Below, in pieces: positions 53,209 through 63,128 of a stretch of DNA of 64,000 nt; position 1 is the stretch's first letter, and each line of letters opens with the position of its first letter. The stretch spans positions 1-64,000 of IMG/VR virus record IMGVR_UViG_3300027659_000020. One strand, written 5' to 3'. Origin of the DNA: a virus. The position numbers were made by a program, and so were the translations under genes. A model generated the notes under the pieces. The model did no database searches, was not told the origin of the DNA, and saw only the letters and a program-made list of their open reading frames with translations.

Positions 53209-53649
53209 ATGAGCACCGGCCTTCTTTCAGATAAAAATGTCTATGAAAAACAGGCCTTAATAGTTTCTAGACGACAGCAGTACTCTGATCTGGATCTTAG
53301 CCTGGTGCGTACTAGCAAGAAAGACATTGTACCGCTGACAGATCTAGATGCAGTTAAGACATCTGTGCGAAATATACTGCTGACAAATCATGGAGATAGG
53401 CCGTTTCAGCCTTATCTGGGCGCTAACCTGCGCGCACTGCTTTTTGAGCCAGCAGATCAGTTCACGATCTTTGCAATCCATGAGGACATTAGATTTGCCA
53501 TTACTAAATTTGAGCCCAGAATAGATCAGGTCAGAATCAGAGTTGACTTCAATGATAGCAGCAGTCAATACAACGTCTCACTGGCATTCCGAGTAATTGC
53601 TCAAAATCAGAGTGCAGATATGATTGTCAGACTAGAGCGGATCAGGTAA
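53209..53649 (+). CDS. 25: baseplate wedge gp25
   Basis: YSDLDL, AVKTSVRN, RPFQP.LG, LLFE, FEPRI; TATAAATA 53186-53193. Confidence 0.92.
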   Translation: MSTGLLSDKNVYEKQALIVSRRQQYSDLDLSLVRTSKKDIVPLTDLDAVKTSVRNILLTNHGDRPFQPYLGANLRALLFEPADQFTIFAIHEDIRFAITKFEPRIDQVRIRVDFNDSSSQYNVSLAFRVIAQNQSADMIVRLERIR

Positions 53650-53668
53650 TTTTAGAAATACTCACCCA

Positions 53669-55525
53669 ATGGCACAATTCAATGTTACTGAACTCGACTT
53701 TGATAAGATCAAAGCATCGATCAAAGCTCACTTTCGTTCTCAAACTAAGTATAGCGATTGGGACTTTGACGGCGCGGGCCTATCGACTGTGGTAGATATT
53801 CTAGCATACAATACGCACTACAATGCAATGGTGGCGCATTTCTCGCTAAATGAGACATTCTTGGATTCAGCGCAGATTCGCGGTAATGTAGTGTCTCATG
53901 CTAAGCTGATAGGATATACGCCCAAGTCTGTCAATGCACCTACTGCAGTACTTGATATTACCGTTACTGCACCTGCTATCAGCCCACCGAGCACACTTAA
54001 CATTCCTCGCGGAACTCGATTTAATACACAAATCGATAATATACTATATCCATTTGTGACTATTTCCTCGGCTGAAGCTAGTCTGAGCGGCGGCACACAT
54101 TATCTGTTCGATGCTGAGCACCTAAATCAGCTTCATATCAAGCAAGGTGTATTAAAGAGAATGATCTATCGCGTAGATACATCAATTGAAAATCAGAAAT
54201 TTATTATTCCTGAGGAAAATGTGGACATATCTACTCTACGAGTGCGCGTGAAGCCAACTGAGACCTCTACTGATTATATCACATATAGCAAATTCTACAC
54301 ACTGACTGCAGTTACATCTACATCAGCCATTTACTTTACTCAAGAAAATTCTTCAGGCAAATTTGAGGTATACTTCGGTGATAACTACATAGGAAAGAAG
54401 CCTACGTCGAATAGCATTGTTGAATTAGAGTATGTCTATGGTAATGGCGAGTTTGCAAACGGCGCAAGTGTATTCACTGCTGTAGATCGAGTTAACTCGC
54501 TTGAGCTTAATGCTACTACTGCCACCATCGCTAGCGGTGGATCAGCACGTGAGTCTATTGAATCTATTCGCTATAATGCACCACTTACTTTTGCATCGCA
54601 GAATCGCGCAGTAACTGCTGATGACTATAAGGCGATCATTTCAAAAGAATTCAGTGGAATTGATTCGATCTCTGTCTGGGGCGGCGAGAATGCGGTTGAA
54701 CCTGACTTTGGAAAAGTGTTTATCTCTATTAAAAAATCTAACACCAACCTTTTACTAACTGCTGAAGATAAACAAGTGATTCTGAATACTATTCTAGCAG
54801 GAAAGAATGTAGTATCAATTCGCCCGTATATCGTCGATCCAGAATACACCTATCTTGAGCTTGATGTATTCTTTAAGTATAATCCAAATTTGACAGATGA
54901 ACTCAAATTTGAGTTACAGAGGAAAGTGCGAGCAACTATTCAGACCTATGCTGATGATAATCTAAAGAGGTTCGACGGCGTGTTTCGTTACTCAAATCTG
55001 CTCAAGAATATTGATCAGACTGATCGATCTATATTGAACTCAGATTTGCGCGTTTATATGCACAAGTATGCAATTCCGCGCGCTAGTGGAATAAATTACT
55101 TTGATCTTTTGTTCTCCTCACCGATCTATCAGACATCCTCAAGCAGCCCAGTATTGAGCTCTAGTATCTTTCAGATTGCGGCGGTTGACCATGAAATTGG
55201 AGATATTCCCATTGTCGGATCAGTCAACCGCACAGTATTCTTATATAAGTATATCGGCGGCGTCAAAACTGCAGTTCGCGCGGTGGGCACAATTTATACT
55301 GCTGATGGCCGAGTAGTTATCAATGGAGTTCAGCCAGATACTACTGCTCGTATTCGTATTACTGTAACTCCGAATTCGCATGATCTCGCACCGAAGAGAA
55401 ATCAGCTTCTAGATATTGATTTTAACTTTGTCTCAATTACTGGAGAGGTTGATAGTATCGCTGTTGGCGGATCTTCTGGCGGAATTACATATACCACTCC
55501 TTCGCGTCACCGCGCAGGATCATAA
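53669..55525 (+). CDS. 6: baseplate wedge gp6
   Basis: ELDFD.IK, LAYNTHYN, FLDSA, QNRAVTADDY, WGGE. Confidence 0.93.
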   Translation: MAQFNVTELDFDKIKASIKAHFRSQTKYSDWDFDGAGLSTVVDILAYNTHYNAMVAHFSLNETFLDSAQIRGNVVSHAKLIGYTPKSVNAPTAVLDITVTAPAISPPSTLNIPRGTRFNTQIDNILYPFVTISSAEASLSGGTHYLFDAEHLNQLHIKQGVLKRMIYRVDTSIENQKFIIPEENVDISTLRVRVKPTETSTDYITYSKFYTLTAVTSTSAIYFTQENSSGKFEVYFGDNYIGKKPTSNSIVELEYVYGNGEFANGASVFTAVDRVNSLELNATTATIASGGSARESIESIRYNAPLTFASQNRAVTADDYKAIISKEFSGIDSISVWGGENAVEPDFGKVFISIKKSNTNLLLTAEDKQVILNTILAGKNVVSIRPYIVDPEYTYLELDVFFKYNPNLTDELKFELQRKVRATIQTYADDNLKRFDGVFRYSNLLKNIDQTDRSILNSDLRVYMHKYAIPRASGINYFDLLFSSPIYQTSSSSPVLSSSIFQIAAVDHEIGDIPIVGSVNRTVFLYKYIGGVKTAVRAVGTIYTADGRVVINGVQPDTTARIRITVTPNSHDLAPKRNQLLDIDFNFVSITGEVDSIAVGGSSGGITYTTPSRHRAGS

Positions 55526-55540
55526 TTTTCTTATCATCAT

Positions 55541-57358
55541 ATGCCGAACTCAATAGAGTTACTCGCTAGCACGCGCAAGAAAACTAGAGAAGTAGCTCGT
55601 GTTGAGCAATTACTACCCGAGGGGCTGAGAGATAAATCTGCCAATTTAATTGAGCTGCTACAAGATTACTACACTTTTATCAATAAAAGCGGTGAGGCAA
55701 GTTATGCGCTCAATTCTATTAGCCCTGCTCGAGACATAGATCAAGCAGATTCAATCTTCTTGGATAAGCTTCAGCAAGAAATCGCGGTATCGATTCCTCG
55801 GACAACTATTGCAAACCGAGTGAATCTTTATAAGAATATTGTTCGGTACTACACCACTCGCGGATCGCCAGAATCAATTGAGCTATTTTTCCGAATTATA
55901 TTCAATGATTCCGCAGAGGTATATTATCCACGCAATGATATGCTCATTGCTAGCGATGGAGTATGGGATGCAACCGCTAACCGCTCAATATATGCTACTG
56001 CTCCTGAAGTAATTATTGAAGGCGCCGGAAAAGGTGCTAGAGCTCGAGCAATAATGACGCGCGGCGCGCTGTATCGAATTGCAATCGTCAATGGCGGATC
56101 TGGATACATATCTGCGCCCACGCTGACAGTTACTGGAGACTCTTCGGTAACTGCTACAGCTACTGCGACAATTAGCAATGGCCAAATAAACCGTATAGAG
56201 GTGACAACAGGCGGATCTCATTATGCATATCCTGCTACAGTGGCAATTGTCGGTAATGGTACGGGCGCGACAGCCGAAGTACATTTAAGGCAGGATGGCG
56301 GAATTGCATATATTGAAATTACTAATCAAGGATCTGGATATACATCTGCAACTGCAAGTATCACTTGTGCATCTCATGTTAGTGGTGCAGGCGTGGTTGA
56401 TGCGGTATTATCAGTTATACCTGATACTATTGGAGTAATTACTAGAGTAAATATTACTAATTTTGGAGCGGATTACGATACAGCCGCTATTACCGTTACT
56501 GGTGGCGGTGGGAGCGGAGCAAATCTAAATGCATATATTGGCGATAGTATCACGAGTATTGCACCTGTTAATTTTGGGTCTGGATACAACAATGTTGTGC
56601 CTGGATATTATGCTGGCGCCAAAGTAACTATTCCGATGTATGACGCTCCCAGTAATTGGGAGCCAGCACGCGTAATTCCAAACATTACTGATGGCGAGAT
56701 TCGATCATACAATCTAGTATATCCTGGAGCAAATTATACATCTGAAACTACTTTTCCAGGCACTTTAATCGGTGATCAATCTGGCGTTTATATTGATAAT
56801 AAAGGATTTCTCTCAGATACTAGTAAACTGCAGGATTCATTGTTCTATCAGAAGTTCTCGTATGTTATTCGTACTGGAAACAATGTAGATCTATGGCAGG
56901 ATAGCTTTAACAAGCTAGTACATCCTGCAGGATTCAAATTCTTTGGGCAGATTCTCATATTCCTTGAGTTTCTGAAAGATAAGGCTAAGATGCCAGACTT
57001 TTCTCCTGGGTTTGTAGATAGCACGCAATTGGCTCAGGTTTACATATTTCAGGATATAATCAATAGCCTTGCACCGTCTATTCCACTATATCTAGATAGT
57101 GGGATCGAAAACCCACGCGTTAAGATAACTTCACAGATTTCGAGTGCTATCGATACAAGCGAGCTTATGCACTTTCATAACGGATGGCCGATGAATCTTT
57201 GGTCTCATCTGACGATACAGCAGGCAGATGACAATGGCGGTTCAAATCCGCGGTATCCTCATGGAAATTATACCATTAACTATATGATAAATAACACTAT
57301 CGTATACTCGGATAATAATTCTACTACAACTCTGGGAGTCGAACTCATTTCTTCCTAA
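55541..57358 (+). CDS. baseplate wedge gp7-like protein with G-S-G-Y repeats
   Basis: LQDSLFYQKFSYVI, LVHPAGFKFFG; synteny between 6 and 8. Confidence 0.7.
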   Translation: MPNSIELLASTRKKTREVARVEQLLPEGLRDKSANLIELLQDYYTFINKSGEASYALNSISPARDIDQADSIFLDKLQQEIAVSIPRTTIANRVNLYKNIVRYYTTRGSPESIELFFRIIFNDSAEVYYPRNDMLIASDGVWDATANRSIYATAPEVIIEGAGKGARARAIMTRGALYRIAIVNGGSGYISAPTLTVTGDSSVTATATATISNGQINRIEVTTGGSHYAYPATVAIVGNGTGATAEVHLRQDGGIAYIEITNQGSGYTSATASITCASHVSGAGVVDAVLSVIPDTIGVITRVNITNFGADYDTAAITVTGGGGSGANLNAYIGDSITSIAPVNFGSGYNNVVPGYYAGAKVTIPMYDAPSNWEPARVIPNITDGEIRSYNLVYPGANYTSETTFPGTLIGDQSGVYIDNKGFLSDTSKLQDSLFYQKFSYVIRTGNNVDLWQDSFNKLVHPAGFKFFGQILIFLEFLKDKAKMPDFSPGFVDSTQLAQVYIFQDIINSLAPSIPLYLDSGIENPRVKITSQISSAIDTSELMHFHNGWPMNLWSHLTIQQADDNGGSNPRYPHGNYTINYMINNTIVYSDNNSTTTLGVELISS

Positions 57359-57373
57359 CACACATACAGATAT

Positions 57374-58819
57374 ATGGCAGCTACAATCACAACCAAGTTT
57401 CGCCTGGAGAATGCTAACACATTCATCAAATCCATAGCCAATGACAGCGTGTATATTATGCTGGGCAAGTCAGATGCGTGGTCAGCCAATAAAGATACTA
57501 GCCAAGATAGCCCTGCTCCTACTCCACTGGATGTTCAGCTTGAGGAGAATGATATGTGGCAGAACGCAATTGCGCTGAAGAAGCTTGGAGCATCTGATGC
57601 AATCAATGTAGTTCCTCGCTATAACTGGGTTAGCGGTACTAGGTATGTTGGCTGGGATGATTTTGATGCAGCAATTTTTACTAAAAGGTTTTATGTGCTG
57701 AATGAGAACTACGATCTTTTTAAGTGTCTAAAAGCGCCACTCGACCCTCTTATTACTTCTACTAATGCACCGGCCATTACGGCATCTCCGCACGCATTTA
57801 GTACCCCGGACGGATATATCTGGAAGTATATGGGTAAGATTTCCACACCGAATGTCACGAAGTTCATGACAGTCAATTATATGCCGGTTAAGACAATCAC
57901 TCTTCTGCCCGGCGTTGACGCCAGCTCGTTGAGTGCTGATGAAGCAACACAATATGCTTATCAGACAAGTTGTGCTACTGATACTTCTGGAAAGATTTAC
58001 CGTTATGTAGTAACTAACGGAGGAAGTGGATATAGTACGCAGAATCCACCTACTGTTACTATATCTGGAAATGGCAGTGGCGCTGCAGCAACAGCAGTTG
58101 TTGTTAATGGTATAATTACTGCCATAAATGTGACGGGAGAAAGTGCTATGATGGATGCCACCGGCAACGGCCCACAAACATATAGAAACAATTGTGGAAT
58201 TGGATATACTAGTGCATATGTTACGATTGCAAGCCCCGTGGCCGGTGTTACGGCGACCGCTCGTGCAATTCTTTCACCTAAGAATGGGCATGGAACTGAT
58301 CAGACGCGGGAGCTTGGCGGATTCTATGTAGAAACAAATGTGACATTGACAGGAGCAGAAGGAGCAGGCGCCGACTTTATCACCGGTGCTAATTTCCGTC
58401 AGATTGCGCTTGTTAAGAATCCACTTAACTTTAATACAGCTGTTATCTCAAACACAGCCACACTATCCGCACTAAAAACAATGAGATTGACCGCCGCCCC
58501 CAGCGGTGGTACACTTGCATCTGGCGATTATATCACTGGCAGTTCAAGCACTGCGTGTGCATTTGTGGATTCATATGCCCTAGAAGATACAACTCATATT
58601 ATCCGTTACCATCAGAATGATAAGACTGGATATGGCACATTTTCTAGCGGCGAGGCAATTACCTCATTCGGCGATCAAAGCGCTACAATTGCTTCTGGTG
58701 GCTTAGGTAATCCTGAAGTTAAGCCGTGTTCTGGTGATATTATGTTTATTGAAAACCGCGCGCCGATTACTCGAGCAATATCGCAGATTGAAGATATTCG
58801 TTTGGTCATTGAATTCTAA
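57374..58819 (+). CDS. 8: baseplate wedge gp8
   Basis: PRYNW, FYV, KCL, DGYIWKYM, GHG..ELG, ENR..QIEDIRLVIEF. Confidence 0.85.
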   Translation: MAATITTKFRLENANTFIKSIANDSVYIMLGKSDAWSANKDTSQDSPAPTPLDVQLEENDMWQNAIALKKLGASDAINVVPRYNWVSGTRYVGWDDFDAAIFTKRFYVLNENYDLFKCLKAPLDPLITSTNAPAITASPHAFSTPDGYIWKYMGKISTPNVTKFMTVNYMPVKTITLLPGVDASSLSADEATQYAYQTSCATDTSGKIYRYVVTNGGSGYSTQNPPTVTISGNGSGAAATAVVVNGIITAINVTGESAMMDATGNGPQTYRNNCGIGYTSAYVTIASPVAGVTATARAILSPKNGHGTDQTRELGGFYVETNVTLTGAEGAGADFITGANFRQIALVKNPLNFNTAVISNTATLSALKTMRLTAAPSGGTLASGDYITGSSSTACAFVDSYALEDTTHIIRYHQNDKTGYGTFSSGEAITSFGDQSATIASGGLGNPEVKPCSGDIMFIENRAPITRAISQIEDIRLVIEF

Positions 58820-58827
58820 GAAAACCC

Positions 58828-61800
58828 ATGTCAATTACAACTTACAACGTTCCTCCTTACTACGACGACTTCGATCCAGAGAAGAATTATCTTCGTGTGC
58901 TATTTCGTCCTGGGTATGCAGTACAGGCACGCGAGCTGACGCAGCTTCAGACTGCAATTCAATCTCAGATTGAACGTTTCGGTAACCATGTATTTCAGAA
59001 TGGTTCTCAAGTTATGGGCGGTCAGGCCTCGCTGGATACGTCCTATGCTTATATTAAGCTAGAGACATCATTTAATTATACAGCTGCAGATTTAGTTGGG
59101 CCGACTACCAATTATCCACAGGGAAATACTGGTACAGGTGCTACCGAATATCTGACTGCTTCAGTAGGCGAAACTCTTAAGCTTATTACCGATACAGGTA
59201 TTGGAAGTCCAACTGGTATTACTGCCACAATTCTAGAGTTTCTGCCCAGCACAACATCAGATTATCTGACAGCTTATGTTAAGTATACTGCCGCCAATGA
59301 AACCGCCCATGTCTTTTCTGCCGGGGCAATCTTAAATACTGTTGAAACCCCAGTGTATATCCCCGCCAACGGCACCACCCCGGCTGTGTACGCTCATAGA
59401 TTCAAGGTTGTTGCAGCTAGCGCAACAGGATATGGAACTCGTGTAGCAGTAAACGATGGTGTGTACTACATCAATGGCAATTTTGTCTATACACCTGCTT
59501 CTTCCATTATTGTCTCGAAGTATAGTTCATATCCTTCAGCACGTGTGGTCTATAAGATCTCAGAGAATATCGTCACATCTGCAGAAGATCCATCATTGGT
59601 CGACAATGCTCTAGGCACTCCAAATGATTCTGCTCCTGGTGCACATCGCTATCAGATTGCATTAGATCTAGCAGTTGAATCTCTAGATCTGCCTAAACGC
59701 GTTGAAGATGATATTATCAATGTTCTATCGATTCGCAACGGAGCAATCATTGGTAAAGCGCGCACAGAATATTCTGAGCTAGCAAATACTCTAGCTACTC
59801 GTACTTATGAGGAGTCTGGAAATTACACAGTTCGCGCATTTCAGCTCAATGTCCGTGAGTACTACAATGATGGCACAAATGGCGGGCTGTATACTGCATT
59901 ACAGATTGTTTCAAAAGATGGAGTGGCAGCAGCGCAAGCTATTACTTATGGTGGTAATCGCTTAGCAGTAGGTCTTGAGCCCGCTGTTGCATATGTCAAT
60001 GGATACCGAATAGAAACACTAGACACTACATATGTTCCAGTACTGAAGGCGCGGGATATTGCAATTTCTAATTCTGCAGTGCTGTCATGCGAGCTTGGAG
60101 GATATGTCTATATTGACACGCTTGTGGGTATACCAAATATCACCACTTATTCTGTAATTACACTAAAGAAAGCTGACGCTGTCTCAATCGGTACTGCGCG
60201 CGCTCGTGGTCTTCAATATGTTTCGGGGACAAGATACAAGCTTTATCTATTCGATATTAACATTCCTGCAACATCTTATAATTATACATTTGCGGACGTT
60301 CGTACTCTCGTTGATAGCAATTTGCCTGTTCCCTTCAGCGCCGCCATTAGCGATATTAGTACTGGTATTAGTGATGCAGTGCTATACAACACATCCACGA
60401 GTTCTTTGTTGTATAAGTTGCCTTCAACCGCAACTAAAACACTTCGCGATCTAAATAATTCAGTTGATCTAGTTTACAATGTTCGACGTAAGTTTGATAG
60501 CATTACTGCCAGTAGCGGCATTGTTCAGCTTGACACCGGATCGTCGAATAAGGTCTTCACCTCAAATAATGCTGCAGATTTTATCTGTGTGAATAACACC
60601 AGCAACGGTGCAGTAGCAACACCGATGACTATTACTTCTGCCGGCTTACAAACAATTTCCCTAACATTCGCGGGTAGTGCATCTAATTCGTTTACGATTA
60701 TTGCTCCGGTGACACACAGCAATATCAGTGAGAAATCCAAGACACTAACGGTAAATTCACAAATCACGCTTTCTACTCCAAATACTACTTTAGGTAATTA
60801 TGATGTTCTGGGCAAAACTGATGTGCTGCGTATAAAGGGCATCTATATGTCTGCTAATCGTAATACTGTTCCAGATATTGCTAATGATCCAGATATATCT
60901 GGTCGTTACGAACTAGATAATGGACAACGCGAGAATTTCTATGATCTTGCTCGTATTCGTCTTAAACCAGGAAGTTCTGCACCAACTGGCCAAATAACAG
61001 TTGTGTTTGATTATTTCGCACACGGAGCTGGTGATTACTTCTCGGTTAACTCTTATGATTCAACACTGTATAGTCTAATTCCTTCCTTCGATTCTATCAA
61101 GGGTAAGATTGAGCTACGGGATGCTCTTGACTTTCGCCCCACAAAGGATACTACAGGAACTGCATTTACTGGTACCGGCGGCAATACCTCACATACAATT
61201 GTTCCAGGATCATTGATTATCACTGATATTCAGTATTACCTTCCGCGCACCGATAAGATCTATGTCAATAAGACTGGCACATTCGGCGTGCAATACGGTA
61301 TCTCAGATGCTAAACCGGCTGCTCCATCTAATCCTACAGATTCTATGGTGCTATACGCGCTCTCGCTGGGTGCATATACCTTCGGTAAATCTGATCTAAC
61401 TGCTACTGCAGTCGATAACCGCCGCTACACTATGCGCGACATCGGTCGTCTTGAACAGCGCATTGCAAATGTAGAATACTACACCTCGCTATCGCTGCTT
61501 GAAAAAGAAACTGCCTCAAAGCAGATCATGGATGGCACGAACCAACGGTACAAGAATGGATTTGTAGTAGATTCTTTTGTGGGTCATGGCATTGGCGCTA
61601 TCAGCCATCCAGATTACCATTGTTCTGTGGATATTGATAAAGGTATTCTGCGTCCAGAATTCTATCAGGACAATACTGCGCTGGTTGTTAATCTAACCGA
61701 TAGCGGTACAAGTAGAGTGAGGAAGACTGGGCCGCTTATTACTCTCGACTATACTGAGGTACCCGCAATTACTCAGCCCTATGCATCTGGCTCAGAAATC

Positions 61801-63045
61801 GTGAATCCTCATGCTATCTGGGGATGGCGTGGAGAAATCAGATTATCTCCTCCAGGTGATGACTGGAAGGAAACACAGATTGCACCTGCTCTTGCTGCAA
61901 ATGCCGATCCTCAACTTAGCTGGTTCTCTGATATTAGTGAAAATTCCAGCAATAAAGTCATTTATAATGCATGGACTGGCAATTGGTATGGATCCCCGCC
62001 AGTATCTGGTACAACTGCAGGTGGAACAGAACTACAAGTAAATTCTATATCCTCGCTAACTGCCCAGCAATCTGGCAGCAGCACATTGAGCGGAACAGCA
62101 TATCTCAATAGCGGAACATACAACTTTACTACTACACAAACATATAGTGACTTAATTGTAAGCACATCGCTGGTGTCGTATATTCGCTCGCGCAAGGTAT
62201 ACTTCAGTGTATCTGGATTAAAGCCCAATTCTCGTCTATATGCTTTCTTTGATGGAATTCAGATTGCAGATTACATCAACTCTACAGATACATTTGTAGA
62301 CTACACAACTGCGGCAGATAATACCAATTATCTAGATTATACTGTGCACCCATCTCCATCTGGCGCTAGCACATTGACAACAGATGCTAGCGGAAATATC
62401 GCTGGATCGTTCATTATTCCAAATAATTCTACTCTCAAATTCCTAACAGGTAGCCGAGTGTTTCGTCTGATAGATAATGTAACCAATAATATCAATGCTG
62501 CGTACACTTATGCAGATATTACTTATACTGCCTCTGGAATTCTTGAGACACATCAGACTAGCGTGGCAAATAATACAGTGGTTTCTACTGTTCCAGCTAT
62601 AGTGCGGCCAGTTGCTCAGATAGTTCAGCCGCAATATTCTAGACCAGCTGAACCATCTGTGCTTATGTATACCCCAGGAGCTGAATTGAATTATTCGGGC
62701 TTTCTGGCCCAGCGGGCTCGGGGTCCGGCAACGGGATATCTTGGAAGTCCGATCGACCTGAAAATAGGTCTAAATGACGGAATGCAATACTCTTACAATG
62801 AAGCCGATAAGATTACTTCCGTCATCGTGCGAGGACGTTCTGGAGCAACATCATCGAGCGAGGGAAATTGGGTGCCGGTAGCAACTAACCTACAACCGCC
62901 GGAGCGTGGCGAGGCGGTCTACACAGTGTCCTACACCGGGCCTGTAGGCTTGCAAGGGCAGTATGAATGGGAAGTAATTGCTACAACTGCGAGCGGTAAA
63001 ACAGTAACTTCTAACCTCATACAGAATTTGGTTAATCCACCGTAA
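58828..63045 (+). CDS. large virion structural protein (DUF4815-like), N-terminal portion
   Basis: PYYDDFD, LFRPG.AVQARELTQLQ, RTYEESGNY, DNGQR, NRRYTMRDIG.LE.RI. Confidence 0.85.
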   Translation: MSITTYNVPPYYDDFDPEKNYLRVLFRPGYAVQARELTQLQTAIQSQIERFGNHVFQNGSQVMGGQASLDTSYAYIKLETSFNYTAADLVGPTTNYPQGNTGTGATEYLTASVGETLKLITDTGIGSPTGITATILEFLPSTTSDYLTAYVKYTAANETAHVFSAGAILNTVETPVYIPANGTTPAVYAHRFKVVAASATGYGTRVAVNDGVYYINGNFVYTPASSIIVSKYSSYPSARVVYKISENIVTSAEDPSLVDNALGTPNDSAPGAHRYQIALDLAVESLDLPKRVEDDIINVLSIRNGAIIGKARTEYSELANTLATRTYEESGNYTVRAFQLNVREYYNDGTNGGLYTALQIVSKDGVAAAQAITYGGNRLAVGLEPAVAYVNGYRIETLDTTYVPVLKARDIAISNSAVLSCELGGYVYIDTLVGIPNITTYSVITLKKADAVSIGTARARGLQYVSGTRYKLYLFDINIPATSYNYTFADVRTLVDSNLPVPFSAAISDISTGISDAVLYNTSTSSLLYKLPSTATKTLRDLNNSVDLVYNVRRKFDSITASSGIVQLDTGSSNKVFTSNNAADFICVNNTSNGAVATPMTITSAGLQTISLTFAGSASNSFTIIAPVTHSNISEKSKTLTVNSQITLSTPNTTLGNYDVLGKTDVLRIKGIYMSANRNTVPDIANDPDISGRYELDNGQRENFYDLARIRLKPGSSAPTGQITVVFDYFAHGAGDYFSVNSYDSTLYSLIPSFDSIKGKIELRDALDFRPTKDTTGTAFTGTGGNTSHTIVPGSLIITDIQYYLPRTDKIYVNKTGTFGVQYGISDAKPAAPSNPTDSMVLYALSLGAYTFGKSDLTATAVDNRRYTMRDIGRLEQRIANVEYYTSLSLLEKETASKQIMDGTNQRYKNGFVVDSFVGHGIGAISHPDYHCSVDIDKGILRPEFYQDNTALVVNLTDSGTSRVRKTGPLITLDYTEVPAITQPYASGSEIVNPHAIWGWRGEIRLSPPGDDWKETQIAPALAANADPQLSWFSDISENSSNKVIYNAWTGNWYGSPPVSGTTAGGTELQVNSISSLTAQQSGSSTLSGTAYLNSGTYNFTTTQTYSDLIVSTSLVSYIRSRKVYFSVSGLKPNSRLYAFFDGIQIADYINSTDTFVDYTTAADNTNYLDYTVHPSPSGASTLTTDASGNIAGSFIIPNNSTLKFLTGSRVFRLIDNVTNNINAAYTYADITYTASGILETHQTSVANNTVVSTVPAIVRPVAQIVQPQYSRPAEPSVLMYTPGAELNYSGFLAQRARGPATGYLGSPIDLKIGLNDGMQYSYNEADKITSVIVRGRSGATSSSEGNWVPVATNLQPPERGEAVYTVSYTGPVGLQGQYEWEVIATTASGKTVTSNLIQNLVNPP

Positions 63046-63089
63046 TCCACCGACAGGGACATTCGGTTAATCCACCGACGGGCACATTC
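63030..63089 (+). repeat. three imperfect TAATCCACCG repeats at gene junction
   Basis: GGTTAATCCACCG, TAATCCACCGACAGGGACATTC, GGTTAATCCACCGACGGGCACATTC. Confidence 0.75.
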
Positions 63090-63128
63090 AACACCTTACC
63101 TTAACATTACCATTACTCTGTCAAAAAT

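Noticed and set aside
63030-63089. Short repeats as a possible CRISPR array
   Set aside because: Repeats ~10-20 nt, irregular spacing, no spacers or cas genes; the 9974 nuclease is an ordinary phage exonuclease
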